Origin: an uncultured virus (IMG/VR IMGVR_UViG_3300005440_000007)
Lineage: Duplodnaviria > Heunggongvirae > Uroviricota > Caudoviricetes
Strand: one strand, 5' to 3'
DNA: 64,000 nucleotides
IMG/VR virus record: IMGVR_UViG_3300005440_000007
Shown here in pieces: positions 34,412 through 43,074 of the stretch. Positions within the stretch are counted from its first letter, which is position 1. Every line of letters begins with the position of its first letter. A program made the translations under genes and the position numbers. A model generated the notes under the pieces. It was not told where the DNA came from and ran no database searches. It worked only from the letters and a program-made list of their open reading frames with translations.

Positions 34412-34460
34412 ATCCTTTCAGATTCTAGCATCAGACCGCCAGAGAGGGTACGCTAAGACA

Positions 34461-34862
34461 ATGCGATTTTTGCATGGGACCTCAGAACGAGAGTGGGCCC
34501 TCATACAGCAGTCCGGAGGCCTTCGAAACCCCTATCTCACGACGCTCGAGACCGTGGCGTGGTTCTTTGCCGAAGAGTCCGCCGACAACGCAAGAAGTCG
34601 CCCCATTATTCTCGAGGTCACCGTCGACGACACGAGCAAGCTCGAGGCGGATCTGCCGATGTTCCAGGAGCCGATCTTCGAAGCGGTTGAAGAGATGGGC
34701 TACCCATCAGTCTACGCCTACCACCAGGCGGTGAAGGAGGGGAACGTTCCGTGGCCGCGAAATAGGAAGGACTGGGAGACGTCCCTTGAAGTGATGAAGT
34801 CGGTGCGCTACTGGGGCCTGATTCCCCCAGGAAAGATACGGATCTACGAACGCCTTCCCTAA
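34461..34862 (+). CDS. ART-fold (Tpt1/KptA-like) protein, antisense to neighbours
   Basis: FLHGTS..I..GGL..PYLT..A..FA..ILEV..Y.G.IPP..I. Confidence 0.7.
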   Translation: MRFLHGTSEREWALIQQSGGLRNPYLTTLETVAWFFAEESADNARSRPIILEVTVDDTSKLEADLPMFQEPIFEAVEEMGYPSVYAYHQAVKEGNVPWPRNRKDWETSLEVMKSVRYWGLIPPGKIRIYERLP

Positions 34863-35233
34863 GAGTCCATTCGCGCGCGGCTTTCCGAGATCAGCTCGTC
34901 GACGTCCTTGAAGACGCCATTCATGAAGCGAGTGATGATCTCCGCGGCGAAGGCGGCATCCTGAGGAGTCCAGAATTTCCCGAGCATGAGATCCTGGTGT
35001 GTCGGCTCGCGCTGTTCCCGGGAAGGCTTGTAGTTCCGGGCAACGTGGACGTACCAACCCTCGGAGCCGCCGGCGAGCCAGTAAGCGGAGGGGTAACCTT
35101 TCCCCCAGATCTCGTCTTTGTTGAACGACGCCCTGGACTCGCCCACCGAGAAATATTCCTTCCGGTCGAGGTGAGCTTCCCTGACGAATGTAGCCACGTC
35201 GGCCCACGTCATTTTCCCGGGATCAGTCTCCAT
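34859..35233 (-). CDS. hypothetical protein
   Basis: EYFS..GGSEGWYVHV..LGK. Confidence 0.7.
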   Translation of the reverse strand: METDPGKMTWADVATFVREAHLDRKEYFSVGESRASFNKDEIWGKGYPSAYWLAGGSEGWYVHVARNYKPSREQREPTHQDLMLGKFWTPQDAAFAAEIITRFMNGVFKDVDELISESRARMDS

Positions 35234-35247
35234 GGCGCGCCCCTTCT

Positions 35248-35703
35248 TTATCTATCTTTGAAGCTGGCTCCGAACGTCTGCTCGAGGCCGCGCTTCAGAT
35301 CCTTCATCGGGCCAATAGGACATTCCATCATCAGTTCCTCGAGCTCCGCGATATCGGCAGGTCTGAGCTCGGGATCCCGAAGACTTTCGATCTTTTCCCA
35401 ACGGTCAAGAAGCTGCTTTTCCGTCGACGCTCCGTCTCCATCGAGAAAACAGTCTCCGATCCGAAGAACGACGTGCTGAGGAATCCTGTCCGGGCGAAGG
35501 ACGTCGGACCCAACCTCCGAATAGATGGCCCAAAGCTCCGAAGGCTTCCCGATCCACTCATGGAGGGCCCTCGCAAGAAGCCAGCATCCGCCCGCAGCCC
35601 AGTCGGAATACTCCTGAGGAAGAAACCCCCAGCCATCCCGACGAAGCCAAGACTTCAGGTCGCGACCAAAGAGACGGATGGACCTTGAGCAGCCTTTCGG
35701 CAT
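35248..35703 (-). CDS. papain/transglutaminase-like C-H-D protein (paralog of the C-terminal domain of 6471-7325)
   Basis: GGCWLLARALHEWIG..PQHVVLRIGDCFLDGDG. Confidence 0.7.
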   Translation of the reverse strand: MPKGCSRSIRLFGRDLKSWLRRDGWGFLPQEYSDWAAGGCWLLARALHEWIGKPSELWAIYSEVGSDVLRPDRIPQHVVLRIGDCFLDGDGASTEKQLLDRWEKIESLRDPELRPADIAELEELMMECPIGPMKDLKRGLEQTFGASFKDR

Positions 35704-35707
35704 CGTA

Positions 35708-36088
35708 TTACGACGCCGCGGGCGCCGCCGGGGCGGGGGTTGCCGAAGCGGGAGGCCCGAAGAGCGGCTGAAGAAGGCGCAGAACCGTTGCTGCGCCGAA
35801 GCCCACGCCTGCTCCGTACAGGACGTTCGCAAGCGTGTTCGAGATCATCTTCTTGGGTTTCAGGACCATGGGGATTCCGACCGAGATCACCGACAGGAGG
35901 GCCGTGGTCGCCGAAGGGGAGAGCTTGAGCGCGTTTCCGAGCGGCTCCCCTATGAGGAGACCCAAGACGAGACCGCCGCCGGCGCCGCCGTAGCTCTCGA
36001 CGGAAACATTGGAAAGGCCAAACGGAAGCGCGCCTTTCATTCCAGGCGCCCACCGGGCGGGTTTCCAGCGCGAAATGGCTTTAGTCAT
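35708..36088 (-). CDS. Gly-rich 3-TM membrane protein
   Basis: Three hydrophobic Gly-rich segments. Confidence 0.75.
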   Translation of the reverse strand: MTKAISRWKPARWAPGMKGALPFGLSNVSVESYGGAGGGLVLGLLIGEPLGNALKLSPSATTALLSVISVGIPMVLKPKKMISNTLANVLYGAGVGFGAATVLRLLQPLFGPPASATPAPAAPAAS

Positions 36089-36500
36089 CGTCGTCTTCTC
36101 CCGGGACGTATTCTTCCACGAATCGGACGAAATCCATCCGCTTGGGCGCGTCTGGATCTTGCTCCTGGCGCTCGAGGAACTCTTCGTAGACTTCCTGCTT
36201 CACATGAGACGGGCACCAAAGGCCCCCGTGAAACGAACAGAATTCGCGCATATGCTGCGCGAGGTTCGCTTTCGTCATGTCCTGCCGGACCAGGTCGTAG
36301 CGGCCTTCGTAGATCTCCCCATCCTCCCAGATCACCCTGAAGTCGACCTTGTTGTACCCCTCCCATTTGGGAGCGGTCTGGGCCCACTTCCTGAGCACGG
36401 CATCCGCCGCCTCAAATGAGGTGACCAGCCGTTCTCCAAGATCCGACGTCGGGCCTTCCGCACGACTGAGCCAGATCTCTTTGACCGGGATTTTATTCAT
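36081..36500 (-). CDS. LPD25-like (polyvalent-protein-associated) domain protein
   Basis: SFEAAD..GYNKVDF.V.WEDGE.YEGRYDL; TAATG coupling. Confidence 0.7.
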   Translation of the reverse strand: MNKIPVKEIWLSRAEGPTSDLGERLVTSFEAADAVLRKWAQTAPKWEGYNKVDFRVIWEDGEIYEGRYDLVRQDMTKANLAQHMREFCSFHGGLWCPSHVKQEVYEEFLERQEQDPDAPKRMDFVRFVEEYVPGEDDDD

Positions 36501-37039
36501 TAGAAAAGTCCCCGACGAAGCCGAACTTGCCCGAGCGACGGCCTGGAGCGAAGCCATGCCCCGGCATCGCACGGCGATGGGACGGATGCGGACGGGGGCA
36601 TTTGAACAAGAACGCCTTCAGGTCCCATCGGCGGCGCCGTTTGGATCGGCTGAGATTGCGGTATTGTCGAGATCGGAACCGACTGAGACTGTGGAGCGGT
36701 CGAGATCGGCTGAGGTTGCGGCATCGTCGAGATGGGGATCGACTGAGGCTGCGGAGCCGTCGAAATCGGCTGAGGTTGCGGTGAAGGCTCCGGAGAAGTC
36801 TGCTGTACTGGAGTTGAAACCGGAGTCGGCTCCGGCGGAGTCGTAACCTGAGTTGCCGAAGGTTCAGGCTGGCATACACCGTCGACCAAGATCTGCCCTT
36901 CAGGACATTCTGTCGGAGCTACCGGAGTCGGAGCCGCAGCTGTGATTGGGGGAGGCTCGAGGGGCTTGATCCACCCCGAAAGGCTGCGTAGCGGGACCTG
37001 CCTTCCCGCCATAGCCGAGAAGCCTGGAGCTCCGAACAT
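36500..37039 (-). CDS. Pro/Thr/Gln-rich low-complexity protein
   Basis: (QPQ)PISTxP repeats; CPEGQ.LVDGVC. Confidence 0.75.
   Translation of the reverse strand: MFGAPGFSAMAGRQVPLRSLSGWIKPLEPPPITAAAPTPVAPTECPEGQILVDGVCQPEPSATQVTTPPEPTPVSTPVQQTSPEPSPQPQPISTAPQPQSIPISTMPQPQPISTAPQSQSVPISTIPQSQPIQTAPPMGPEGVLVQMPPSASVPSPCDAGAWLRSRPSLGQVRLRRGLF
36640..36790 (-). repeat. imperfect coding tandem repeat (PQPQPISTA-type, ~5 units)
   Basis: Recurrent 'cga(g/a)atcggctgaggttgcgg'. Confidence 0.75.
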
Positions 37040-37053
37040 GTGGCGACTACGCA

Positions 37054-38454
37054 TTAGAAGGGCCCTCGACGTAGCCGAACACGTCCGAGCACGGAGCCGG
37101 AAGGTCCAGGTTGGAATTGAGCGGAGCCGGAAGCTACAGGCCGCTGCCGGAGCCACGTCCCTGCGTCACATGGAGACGGCTGGGCCATCGGCGGCGGCAT
37201 GATCACAATGACGGCCCTCCCCGTCGGCTCTTCTCCCGGAGTCGGGATCGGAGACGGCGTCGGAGATGGGGTCGGCGTCGGAGTAGGAGTTGGCGTCGGG
37301 GTCAGAGTTGGAGTTGGAGTTGGAGTTGGAGTCGGCGTCGGAATTGGAGTCTGACCGTACTGGGAAAAGTCGGGAAGAGCTGAACAACGCTGGTCCGTGG
37401 CAAGCATCCACCTACGGCCCGGATAGAGCGTCGGAATGTCCTGGACCAGAACGTTCTTCTCGAGAGGCGCATGATCCGGACCATTGAAGAGATCGACGAG
37501 CGTCCCCTGTTGACCGCTTGTGCGAATGCAAGCAACGAGATCGGGATACGCGTCTCCCGGGCCGTCCACGCCTCCGCCGCCACAGTAGGGGCTGCTGGCA
37601 TCGACCTTGATCACGTTCTCCTGGTCGGCGCACTCCGGAGACTGCGTGGTCATGTTCTGTTCGTAAGCCGCCGACTTCGCTGGCAGGAAGTAGTTCACCG
37701 TGATCCCGTTCGACGGCGGGCACATGATGTAGAGCGATCCCTTTGGAAGCGCGCACGGTCCTGTCGTCGGAGTGGCCGGATGCCCGCAGCCGCCTTCTTC
37801 TTTGTACGTGACGTCTCCGAAGAGATCGACGCACTCTTTCGAGACGCTCTCCAAGATGACGGAGAAATCCGAAGGATTGAGGATGTTGTACGTCCCATCC
37901 CCGAGCGGACATGCCCACACCGCATGACCCGCTGAGACTCCCCCACCCGGAAGAGGTTCGTAACCTGCTGGAACCTGGCACGCCGGAGAAGGGGCTGGGG
38001 CGGGAGCTGGGGCTGGAGTTGGAGCAGGAGCGGGAGTCGGAGCAGGAGTCGGCGCAGGAGTCGGAGTCCCATCCCGACCGATAGCACAGCTGGGATCTAG
38101 GGTCGTCACATGGCTGAATGAGTTGACGCAGTCTTGTGAGACCGATACCAGAATCGTGCCCAGAGTGGTTCCGTCGATGATATCAAATGTCCCGTCCGGC
38201 TTTGGACAGGCATAGACGGGATGATCCAATGGAATGCCCGCTGGGACCGGACAGGCAGGCGCTGGCGTTGCTCCGCCAGTAGGCTCGCAAACCCACTGCT
38301 CCACCAAGTTCACGACCTTGATGGTGGGCGTCTCGTTCGGGCCGCAAGTCGGCGGAAGACCTTGAGGAACGCCCAGCTTCGGACGGTGAAGAGGAACCGA
38401 TCTCCCAAGCATAGAAGAGAAAGGCCTGTTCCCGAAGAAATCTCCTCGACGCAT
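37054..38454 (-). CDS. Cys-rich repeat protein with PT/PA linkers (candidate surface glycoprotein)
   Basis: Repeated ACPxxDGT[FY] modules; long (PT)n. Confidence 0.8.
   Translation of the reverse strand: MRRGDFFGNRPFSSMLGRSVPLHRPKLGVPQGLPPTCGPNETPTIKVVNLVEQWVCEPTGGATPAPACPVPAGIPLDHPVYACPKPDGTFDIIDGTTLGTILVSVSQDCVNSFSHVTTLDPSCAIGRDGTPTPAPTPAPTPAPAPTPAPAPAPAPSPACQVPAGYEPLPGGGVSAGHAVWACPLGDGTYNILNPSDFSVILESVSKECVDLFGDVTYKEEGGCGHPATPTTGPCALPKGSLYIMCPPSNGITVNYFLPAKSAAYEQNMTTQSPECADQENVIKVDASSPYCGGGGVDGPGDAYPDLVACIRTSGQQGTLVDLFNGPDHAPLEKNVLVQDIPTLYPGRRWMLATDQRCSALPDFSQYGQTPIPTPTPTPTPTPTLTPTPTPTPTPTPSPTPSPIPTPGEEPTGRAVIVIMPPPMAQPSPCDAGTWLRQRPVASGSAQFQPGPSGSVLGRVRLRRGPF
37239..37350 (-). repeat. (Pro-Thr)n hexamer repeat
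   Basis: ggagtt/ggcgtc/ggagtc units. Confidence 0.85.
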
Positions 38455-38456
38455 TC

Positions 38457-38888
38457 TCAGAGCAACGCGATGAGCGTCGCCAGCCCTCCTGCTACACCGA
38501 CCAGGGCGCCCACGGTCTTGAGCGTGGATTCGGTGCTCTGATGCGTCAGAGAGCCGATCGCCTCGACGCACTCGATCACGTTTTCGATGAGCGACCACTC
38601 CTGATCGGTCACCTCGAGGTCCGTGCCCTGGGTTGAAAGGAAGTTCGAGATCTTGTTCTGGAGCGCCTGGACATGGCTCCAGCGGCGCGAACGCAGGTCC
38701 CGCCAGCAGGCTTCCTTGGTATATACCTCGGGGCTTCCTGGGTTCTGGACGAGCGTCTGAATCGCCTCGTTCACCGCCTGGGCCAGATCGCGCGTGATGG
38801 TGATCGGCTCGACGTCCGCCTGGGCGAGCGCTGGGCCCGCAAGCATGATCGGCGAGAATCGTGGCGGCCCGAAAACGGATGCTTTCAT
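38457..38888 (-). CDS. protein with leader and C-terminal TM anchor
   Basis: [18 protein letters not shown]. Confidence 0.75.
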   Translation of the reverse strand: MKASVFGPPRFSPIMLAGPALAQADVEPITITRDLAQAVNEAIQTLVQNPGSPEVYTKEACWRDLRSRRWSHVQALQNKISNFLSTQGTDLEVTDQEWSLIENVIECVEAIGSLTHQSTESTLKTVGALVGVAGGLATLIALL

Positions 38889-38928
38889 GGCTCTAGGGAA
38901 TTATACCCAGAGCCGGGCGCAGCTACAA
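38889..38928 (-). promoter_or_regulatory. promoter TTGTAG-N17-TATAAT with -10 in the loop of a 9-bp hairpin abutting ATG
   Basis: GGCTCTGGG-TATAATTC-CCTAGAGCC-ATG. Confidence 0.65.
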
Positions 38929-38947
38929 GGAACGCGGCCGCAGACGG

Positions 38948-39661
38948 TTACCTGACCTCATGCAGAAGGGGGCCGTCCACCTGGATCGCGCCCTCGAACT
39001 CCTGCAGATTCGACATCGGATTGTCGACCCATCTCTTGAAGATATAGATCTTTTTGGCCTTTCCAAAGAAGAGCGCCCACCAGCAATAGGTGCTGTTTGC
39101 CGCGATCACCTTCTCGCAGGATCGGATCACGTTCCAGTGTTCGATCACGTTGTTGGGGACGATGATCGGGTTCCACGGAGCGAAATGCTTGAAGTAGTCT
39201 GGGTTTGGATCGTCGGTGACGATGACCAGGCGGCTGAACGACTCCTTCTCCAAGATCTTGATGTACCAGCTGGGGTGGATCGCGATTTTGTGATAGAAGT
39301 AATCCCCAAGCCGGACGCTCATGAGAAGGTCTGTTTTATTTTCGACGAGGACCGGTTTTGGCTTGAAGATCTTCCCGAGCATCTCCCGACGCTTGAAGTA
39401 CCATTCCGCCCTCTGGAAAAATCCCCGAAATAAATGGCGACCTTTCCTTTGCGGTAGGTTGAAGATGTCGTCCCCGTCTCCGATTCCGATGTGAGGCCCG
39501 TCGTAGGATTTCCCATCCTCGTTCGGCGTGGTCGGAAGAATCTCCTGCCCAGGGAACTCTGTCTCAAGCTTGAGCCCGCGCTCCATGGCAAAAAGGCGCG
39601 CGGCCGCGTACTGGAAGACGTTATTCCCGAATCGTCCCTGGTAGATGGTGGCGACGCTCAT
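38948..39661 (-). CDS. GT11 alpha-1,2-fucosyltransferase-like protein
   Basis: GRFGNNVFQYA..GFFQ..SVRLGDY..ANSTYCWWA. Confidence 0.85.
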   Translation of the reverse strand: MSVATIYQGRFGNNVFQYAAARLFAMERGLKLETEFPGQEILPTTPNEDGKSYDGPHIGIGDGDDIFNLPQRKGRHLFRGFFQRAEWYFKRREMLGKIFKPKPVLVENKTDLLMSVRLGDYFYHKIAIHPSWYIKILEKESFSRLVIVTDDPNPDYFKHFAPWNPIIVPNNVIEHWNVIRSCEKVIAANSTYCWWALFFGKAKKIYIFKRWVDNPMSNLQEFEGAIQVDGPLLHEVR

Positions 39662-39663
39662 CG

Positions 39664-39972
39664 CTATTCGACGAGATCGAGCTCCTCCACCAGGAGATCC
39701 TGGTCCGGATCCGCGTCATCAGCGTATTCCCGCCAGTAGCCGTAGGCGTCTTCGTACTTTCCTTCCGAAAACGCCTTGACTGCATTCTGGAGTGCCTCGA
39801 CATGCTCCTCCTGGCGATCGCCGTACTGTGCGTGTTCGTCGAGCTCTTCCTGGGCCCACCCGTTGATGGATCCCGAGACGTGCTTGTAGGCGTCTTCCTT
39901 CTTCGCGTAGACGGCCCGGTCCCCGGCCCATGGGTCGATGTCCTTGTACTCGACCAGCCAAACTTTCTTCAT
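39664..39972 (-). CDS. acidic hypothetical protein
   Basis: GAGG SD. Confidence 0.7.
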   Translation of the reverse strand: MKKVWLVEYKDIDPWAGDRAVYAKKEDAYKHVSGSINGWAQEELDEHAQYGDRQEEHVEALQNAVKAFSEGKYEDAYGYWREYADDADPDQDLLVEELDLVE

Positions 39973-39982
39973 GGTAGACCTC

Positions 39983-40438
39983 TCACTTTGACCATTTCCG
40001 GATCACACGGAGAACGTTCGGGTGGACTTCTTCGATCCCACGAAGATCCTTCAGATCGGCCCAGATCCACGCATCGTTCTCCCAGTTTAGCTCGGGCTTC
40101 CAGCCGTCGGCATCTTTTCCGTCCATGAGCGCGAGGAACGTGACGTAGGAAAAGTCTCCGGAGGTGTAGAGGTCGCGATCGACGAGCTTGAGCGGCGGAA
40201 GCGGTCCAAGCTCTTCGGTGGCTTCCTCGAGAGCGGCCCCTTCCTCTTTCTCGCCAGGCTCGATCCGGCCTCCCGGGATCCCCAGAACACCGGGATCCAT
40301 GACTTCTTGGGAACGCATGACGAGCAGGAACATCCCCAGATCCGTGCGGCGAATCAGGATCCCCGCGGCCTTGCGACCCCATCGCAGCCGTCCCTGGGCA
40401 TCGTAGGAGAGCTCGTTGCCCTCAGCTCTTTCGGGCAT
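39983..40438 (-). CDS. NUDIX hydrolase
   Basis: PGGRIEPGE....AALEEATEELG Nudix box. Confidence 0.9.
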   Translation of the reverse strand: MPERAEGNELSYDAQGRLRWGRKAAGILIRRTDLGMFLLVMRSQEVMDPGVLGIPGGRIEPGEKEEGAALEEATEELGPLPPLKLVDRDLYTSGDFSYVTFLALMDGKDADGWKPELNWENDAWIWADLKDLRGIEEVHPNVLRVIRKWSK

Positions 40439-40658
40439 CTTTGATCTCGATCCTCGACCACTGGCGCGGCCCCCTGAGAAATGGATGCTTCTCGATCATG
40501 CAGCCGACGACCTGCTGCTTGACCTTGAGAGCTTTCTTGGGGTTCTTCTTGGAAAGCTTCTGAAGTTCGCGCTGGGAAGTTCCCGCCTTCTTCAGGCATT
40601 TCCCATAGGTACGCGTGACCGCCGGAAGCTCGAGAAGCCAGTCGTCCATCGTCGTCAC
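40422..40658 (-). CDS. small basic protein
   Basis: GTGA coupling. Confidence 0.6.
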   Translation of the reverse strand: MTTMDDWLLELPAVTRTYGKCLKKAGTSQRELQKLSKKNPKKALKVKQQVVGCMIEKHPFLRGPRQWSRIEIKDARKS

Positions 40659-40972
40659 TCCGCTATCGGGGACATTGTATTTCCCGGGTAAAACCCCCAC
40701 CGCGCAAGGTTCCCGGCCTTGGCTTCGACGGCCATCGCCGACGCTTTCGGAGCTTTGATGCGATCGCTTTCAGGAACCATTCTCGCGAGAGTGAGGACGA
40801 AATAGTCTTCCCTCAGGAAGGCGATGTCGAAAGGTTCCGGCACATTCATCGAATGGAAAACGGTTCCCTCGGGAACAACCGGGAAGACGTAGAGCGTATC
40901 TGAGGGGATCCGGTCAAGGTGCTGGAGGCCCTTTTCCTGATCTTCAGACGTCTCAAGAACTAGAACGTTCAC
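40655..40972 (-). CDS. DUF192 family protein
   Basis: KGLQ..F..FHSMNVPEPFDIAFL..AVEAKAG. Confidence 0.8.
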   Translation of the reverse strand: MNVLVLETSEDQEKGLQHLDRIPSDTLYVFPVVPEGTVFHSMNVPEPFDIAFLREDYFVLTLARMVPESDRIKAPKASAMAVEAKAGNLARWGFYPGNTMSPIAE

Positions 40973-40983
40973 AGCCGCCTCAC

Positions 40984-41295
40984 TTACTCGCTCAGGTCGA
41001 CCCATGACAGCGTGACGGACCCTTCCTTGTTGAAGACCTCGGAAACGTCACGAAGCGCATAGCTGGAATCATAGATACCATAAGTTCCAGGACGACCTGC
41101 GTGTCTCGATCGGACGTAGTAGATGCCATCGGAGACCAGGTGGCCGTCCTTCGACATCTCCTTCTTGATGACGTCCTCACCGGACTTCTTGAGAAGGTTC
41201 CGGAGTTTGTACCAGAAGTCCGACTCGTTCCTTACTCTTTGGTCTCCCTCCGTCCGTGTCACGGTGACGCGGTTGCCAGATTTAGTCATCTCCAT
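40984..41295 (-). CDS. hypothetical protein
   Basis: GAGG SD. Confidence 0.7.
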   Translation of the reverse strand: MEMTKSGNRVTVTRTEGDQRVRNESDFWYKLRNLLKKSGEDVIKKEMSKDGHLVSDGIYYVRSRHAGRPGTYGIYDSSYALRDVSEVFNKEGSVTLSWVDLSE

Positions 41296-41337
41296 ATCAG
41301 GAACCTCTCTTTTCCGGCTTTACCAATCACCTATTCG

Positions 41338-41685
41338 TCAAATCAGCCATCTGAACTTTCTGTCGACCAGAATCTGAATCCGCTCCGGAGGAATCACGCC
41401 GTCCGCCCGTAAAGGACCGACAAACGGAGGGTCCCCCGCAAAAAGAACGCTTTCTCCATCCTCCGACGTTCCGAACCCCGGCGTCTTGAAACGCAGGAGC
41501 GCCATTCCCTCCCCATAATACGGCTCGACGCCCTCCAGGTCAGGCTCTACGAAAATCACAGGATGATCCGGAACGTGCTCGTGAAGATTCGGCTTGAGCC
41601 CTTCCCGGGCGATGGAGTCGAGGTTGTTCTCGGAGGTGACGTGGTAGGCCCACACCCAGTCCTTCGGCGTGTCCCTTTCCGTCAC
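41338..41685 (-). CDS. ART-fold (Tpt1/KptA-like) protein
   Basis: AYHVTS.NNL.SI..EGL.P..IF..LLRF..IPPERI. Confidence 0.7.
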   Translation of the reverse strand: MTERDTPKDWVWAYHVTSENNLDSIAREGLKPNLHEHVPDHPVIFVEPDLEGVEPYYGEGMALLRFKTPGFGTSEDGESVLFAGDPPFVGPLRADGVIPPERIQILVDRKFRWLI

Positions 41686-42251
41686 AGAGCCCGCCTGGTC
41701 GGTCTCCTCATGGCCCGACCTGACATGACCGCGTGCGGGCCGCCGGCTCTACGGAGATATTCTTGGTAGGCCCGGTCAAGTTCCCGGCCCCCGGTACGGC
41801 CACGCCTGAAGGGTCTCACCTGGATCCAATCGCTTTCCCTCGCGCCGACCGAGGTGGTCTTGTAGAGATAAAGGTCCGATCCCACGGGCTGGTCGTCGAA
41901 GATGTATCCTCGAGGAGCGATCGGCTGGATCTCGTTGTAGAGCAGCCCCTTCTCTTCTGGGGTGAGACGTTCGTCCTTGATGAGAAAGTCGATCATTTCG
42001 ATGATCGGCGCCATGTCCTCGCGCGAGATCACGTCCACGAAAAGCCGGGACGGCTTTCCGATGACCCGGAAGGCATTCTTGACATGCGGGCGCATCGCAT
42101 GCGTCAGCAGAAAGAGATCTCCGTGCTTTGACAGATTCCCGAGAAATTGGTCGGCCCCCGGACGAGCGTGAATGCGAATGACGTTCCCCCGCTCGTCGAC
42201 ATCCGAGTCGATCAAGGTCGCGTCGAGGTCCACGTAGATCGGACGGCCCAT
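41682..42251 (-). CDS. HAD-superfamily (FCP1/NIF-like) phosphatase
   Basis: YVDLDATLI..RPGADQFL..IFDD. Confidence 0.85.
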   Translation of the reverse strand: MGRPIYVDLDATLIDSDVDERGNVIRIHARPGADQFLGNLSKHGDLFLLTHAMRPHVKNAFRVIGKPSRLFVDVISREDMAPIIEMIDFLIKDERLTPEEKGLLYNEIQPIAPRGYIFDDQPVGSDLYLYKTTSVGARESDWIQVRPFRRGRTGGRELDRAYQEYLRRAGGPHAVMSGRAMRRPTRRAL

Positions 42252-42254
42252 GGT

Positions 42255-42545
42255 CTATTTCTTCCTTGAAGCAACGACGGCGCACTTCTGGCCGATCTGC
42301 TCAGCCTTCTTCTTGGGCCGAATCTCGGCCTGAAACGGATCGAGGGTTCTTTTGCACCCGGAAGATGCTGAGAATCCGGCCGACCGCCCGCTGGTCCTGG
42401 AGAAAAACGAGGTGACGTAGCCCTTGTCTCCGTTTCTCTGAACGCGCTCGACGCGAAAGCAGAGGCCGGATTTCCTGGCATCGGCTTTCAGGCTCGTCGG
42501 ACAAAGCCGAGCCGACGCCTTCCGGGACGACTTCTTCCTGGCCAT
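42255..42545 (-). CDS. highly basic small protein (MARKKSSRK...)
   Basis: GGAGG SD; start revised. Confidence 0.65.
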   Translation of the reverse strand: MARKKSSRKASARLCPTSLKADARKSGLCFRVERVQRNGDKGYVTSFFSRTSGRSAGFSASSGCKRTLDPFQAEIRPKKKAEQIGQKCAVVASRKK

Positions 42546-42547
42546 GA

Positions 42548-42802
42548 TCACGCGCCTCCCATGAAATCGATCAGTTCCTGACTCAGGTCTCGGAGCTCGA
42601 CCAAGGCCTCCCTGTCGAGCATAATGAGCTTCTTGAAGGTCTTCCCGTCGACAATGTCCGCGAACTGACGACTGGGCGACACCGCGGCCTCCAGGCGGCT
42701 TCCACGGATCCACGTCCCTTCCGCCGGCCCCGACATCGAATATTCTACCCCCTGCGGGTGATAAGAAAAAGCCTTCTTGGGCTGCTTGCGCGGAGCGGTC
42801 AT
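42548..42802 (-). CDS. hypothetical protein
   Basis: ATGA coupling. Confidence 0.65.
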   Translation of the reverse strand: MTAPRKQPKKAFSYHPQGVEYSMSGPAEGTWIRGSRLEAAVSPSRQFADIVDGKTFKKLIMLDREALVELRDLSQELIDFMGGA

Positions 42803-43074
42803 AGCACGGCCTCCACGATCTTTTCCCGAAGACGAAGGACCGCATTGATCGATTCCGGATTTGAGTCCTGATCGTCCTCAGCCATTTCGACGTATAAGTC
42901 CAGAAGGTCGAGCAGAACATCCTGAACCTCTGGCTCGAAAGCAAGCTCATTTGGCGGAAGAAGCTCTGTTCCCCCTGGACTCCAGGATCTTCCTGGGGGA
43001 GGCTGATTGGCTCTGGTGTTGAGCCAGTCCGCGATTGGAAGCTCGTCCGGATGAAGCGCGACGACTCTCATCAT
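42799..43074 (-). CDS. hypothetical protein
   Basis: ATGA coupling at both ends. Confidence 0.6.
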   Translation of the reverse strand: MMRVVALHPDELPIADWLNTRANQPPPGRSWSPGGTELLPPNELAFEPEVQDVLLDLLDLYVEMAEDDQDSNPESINAVLRLREKIVEAVL

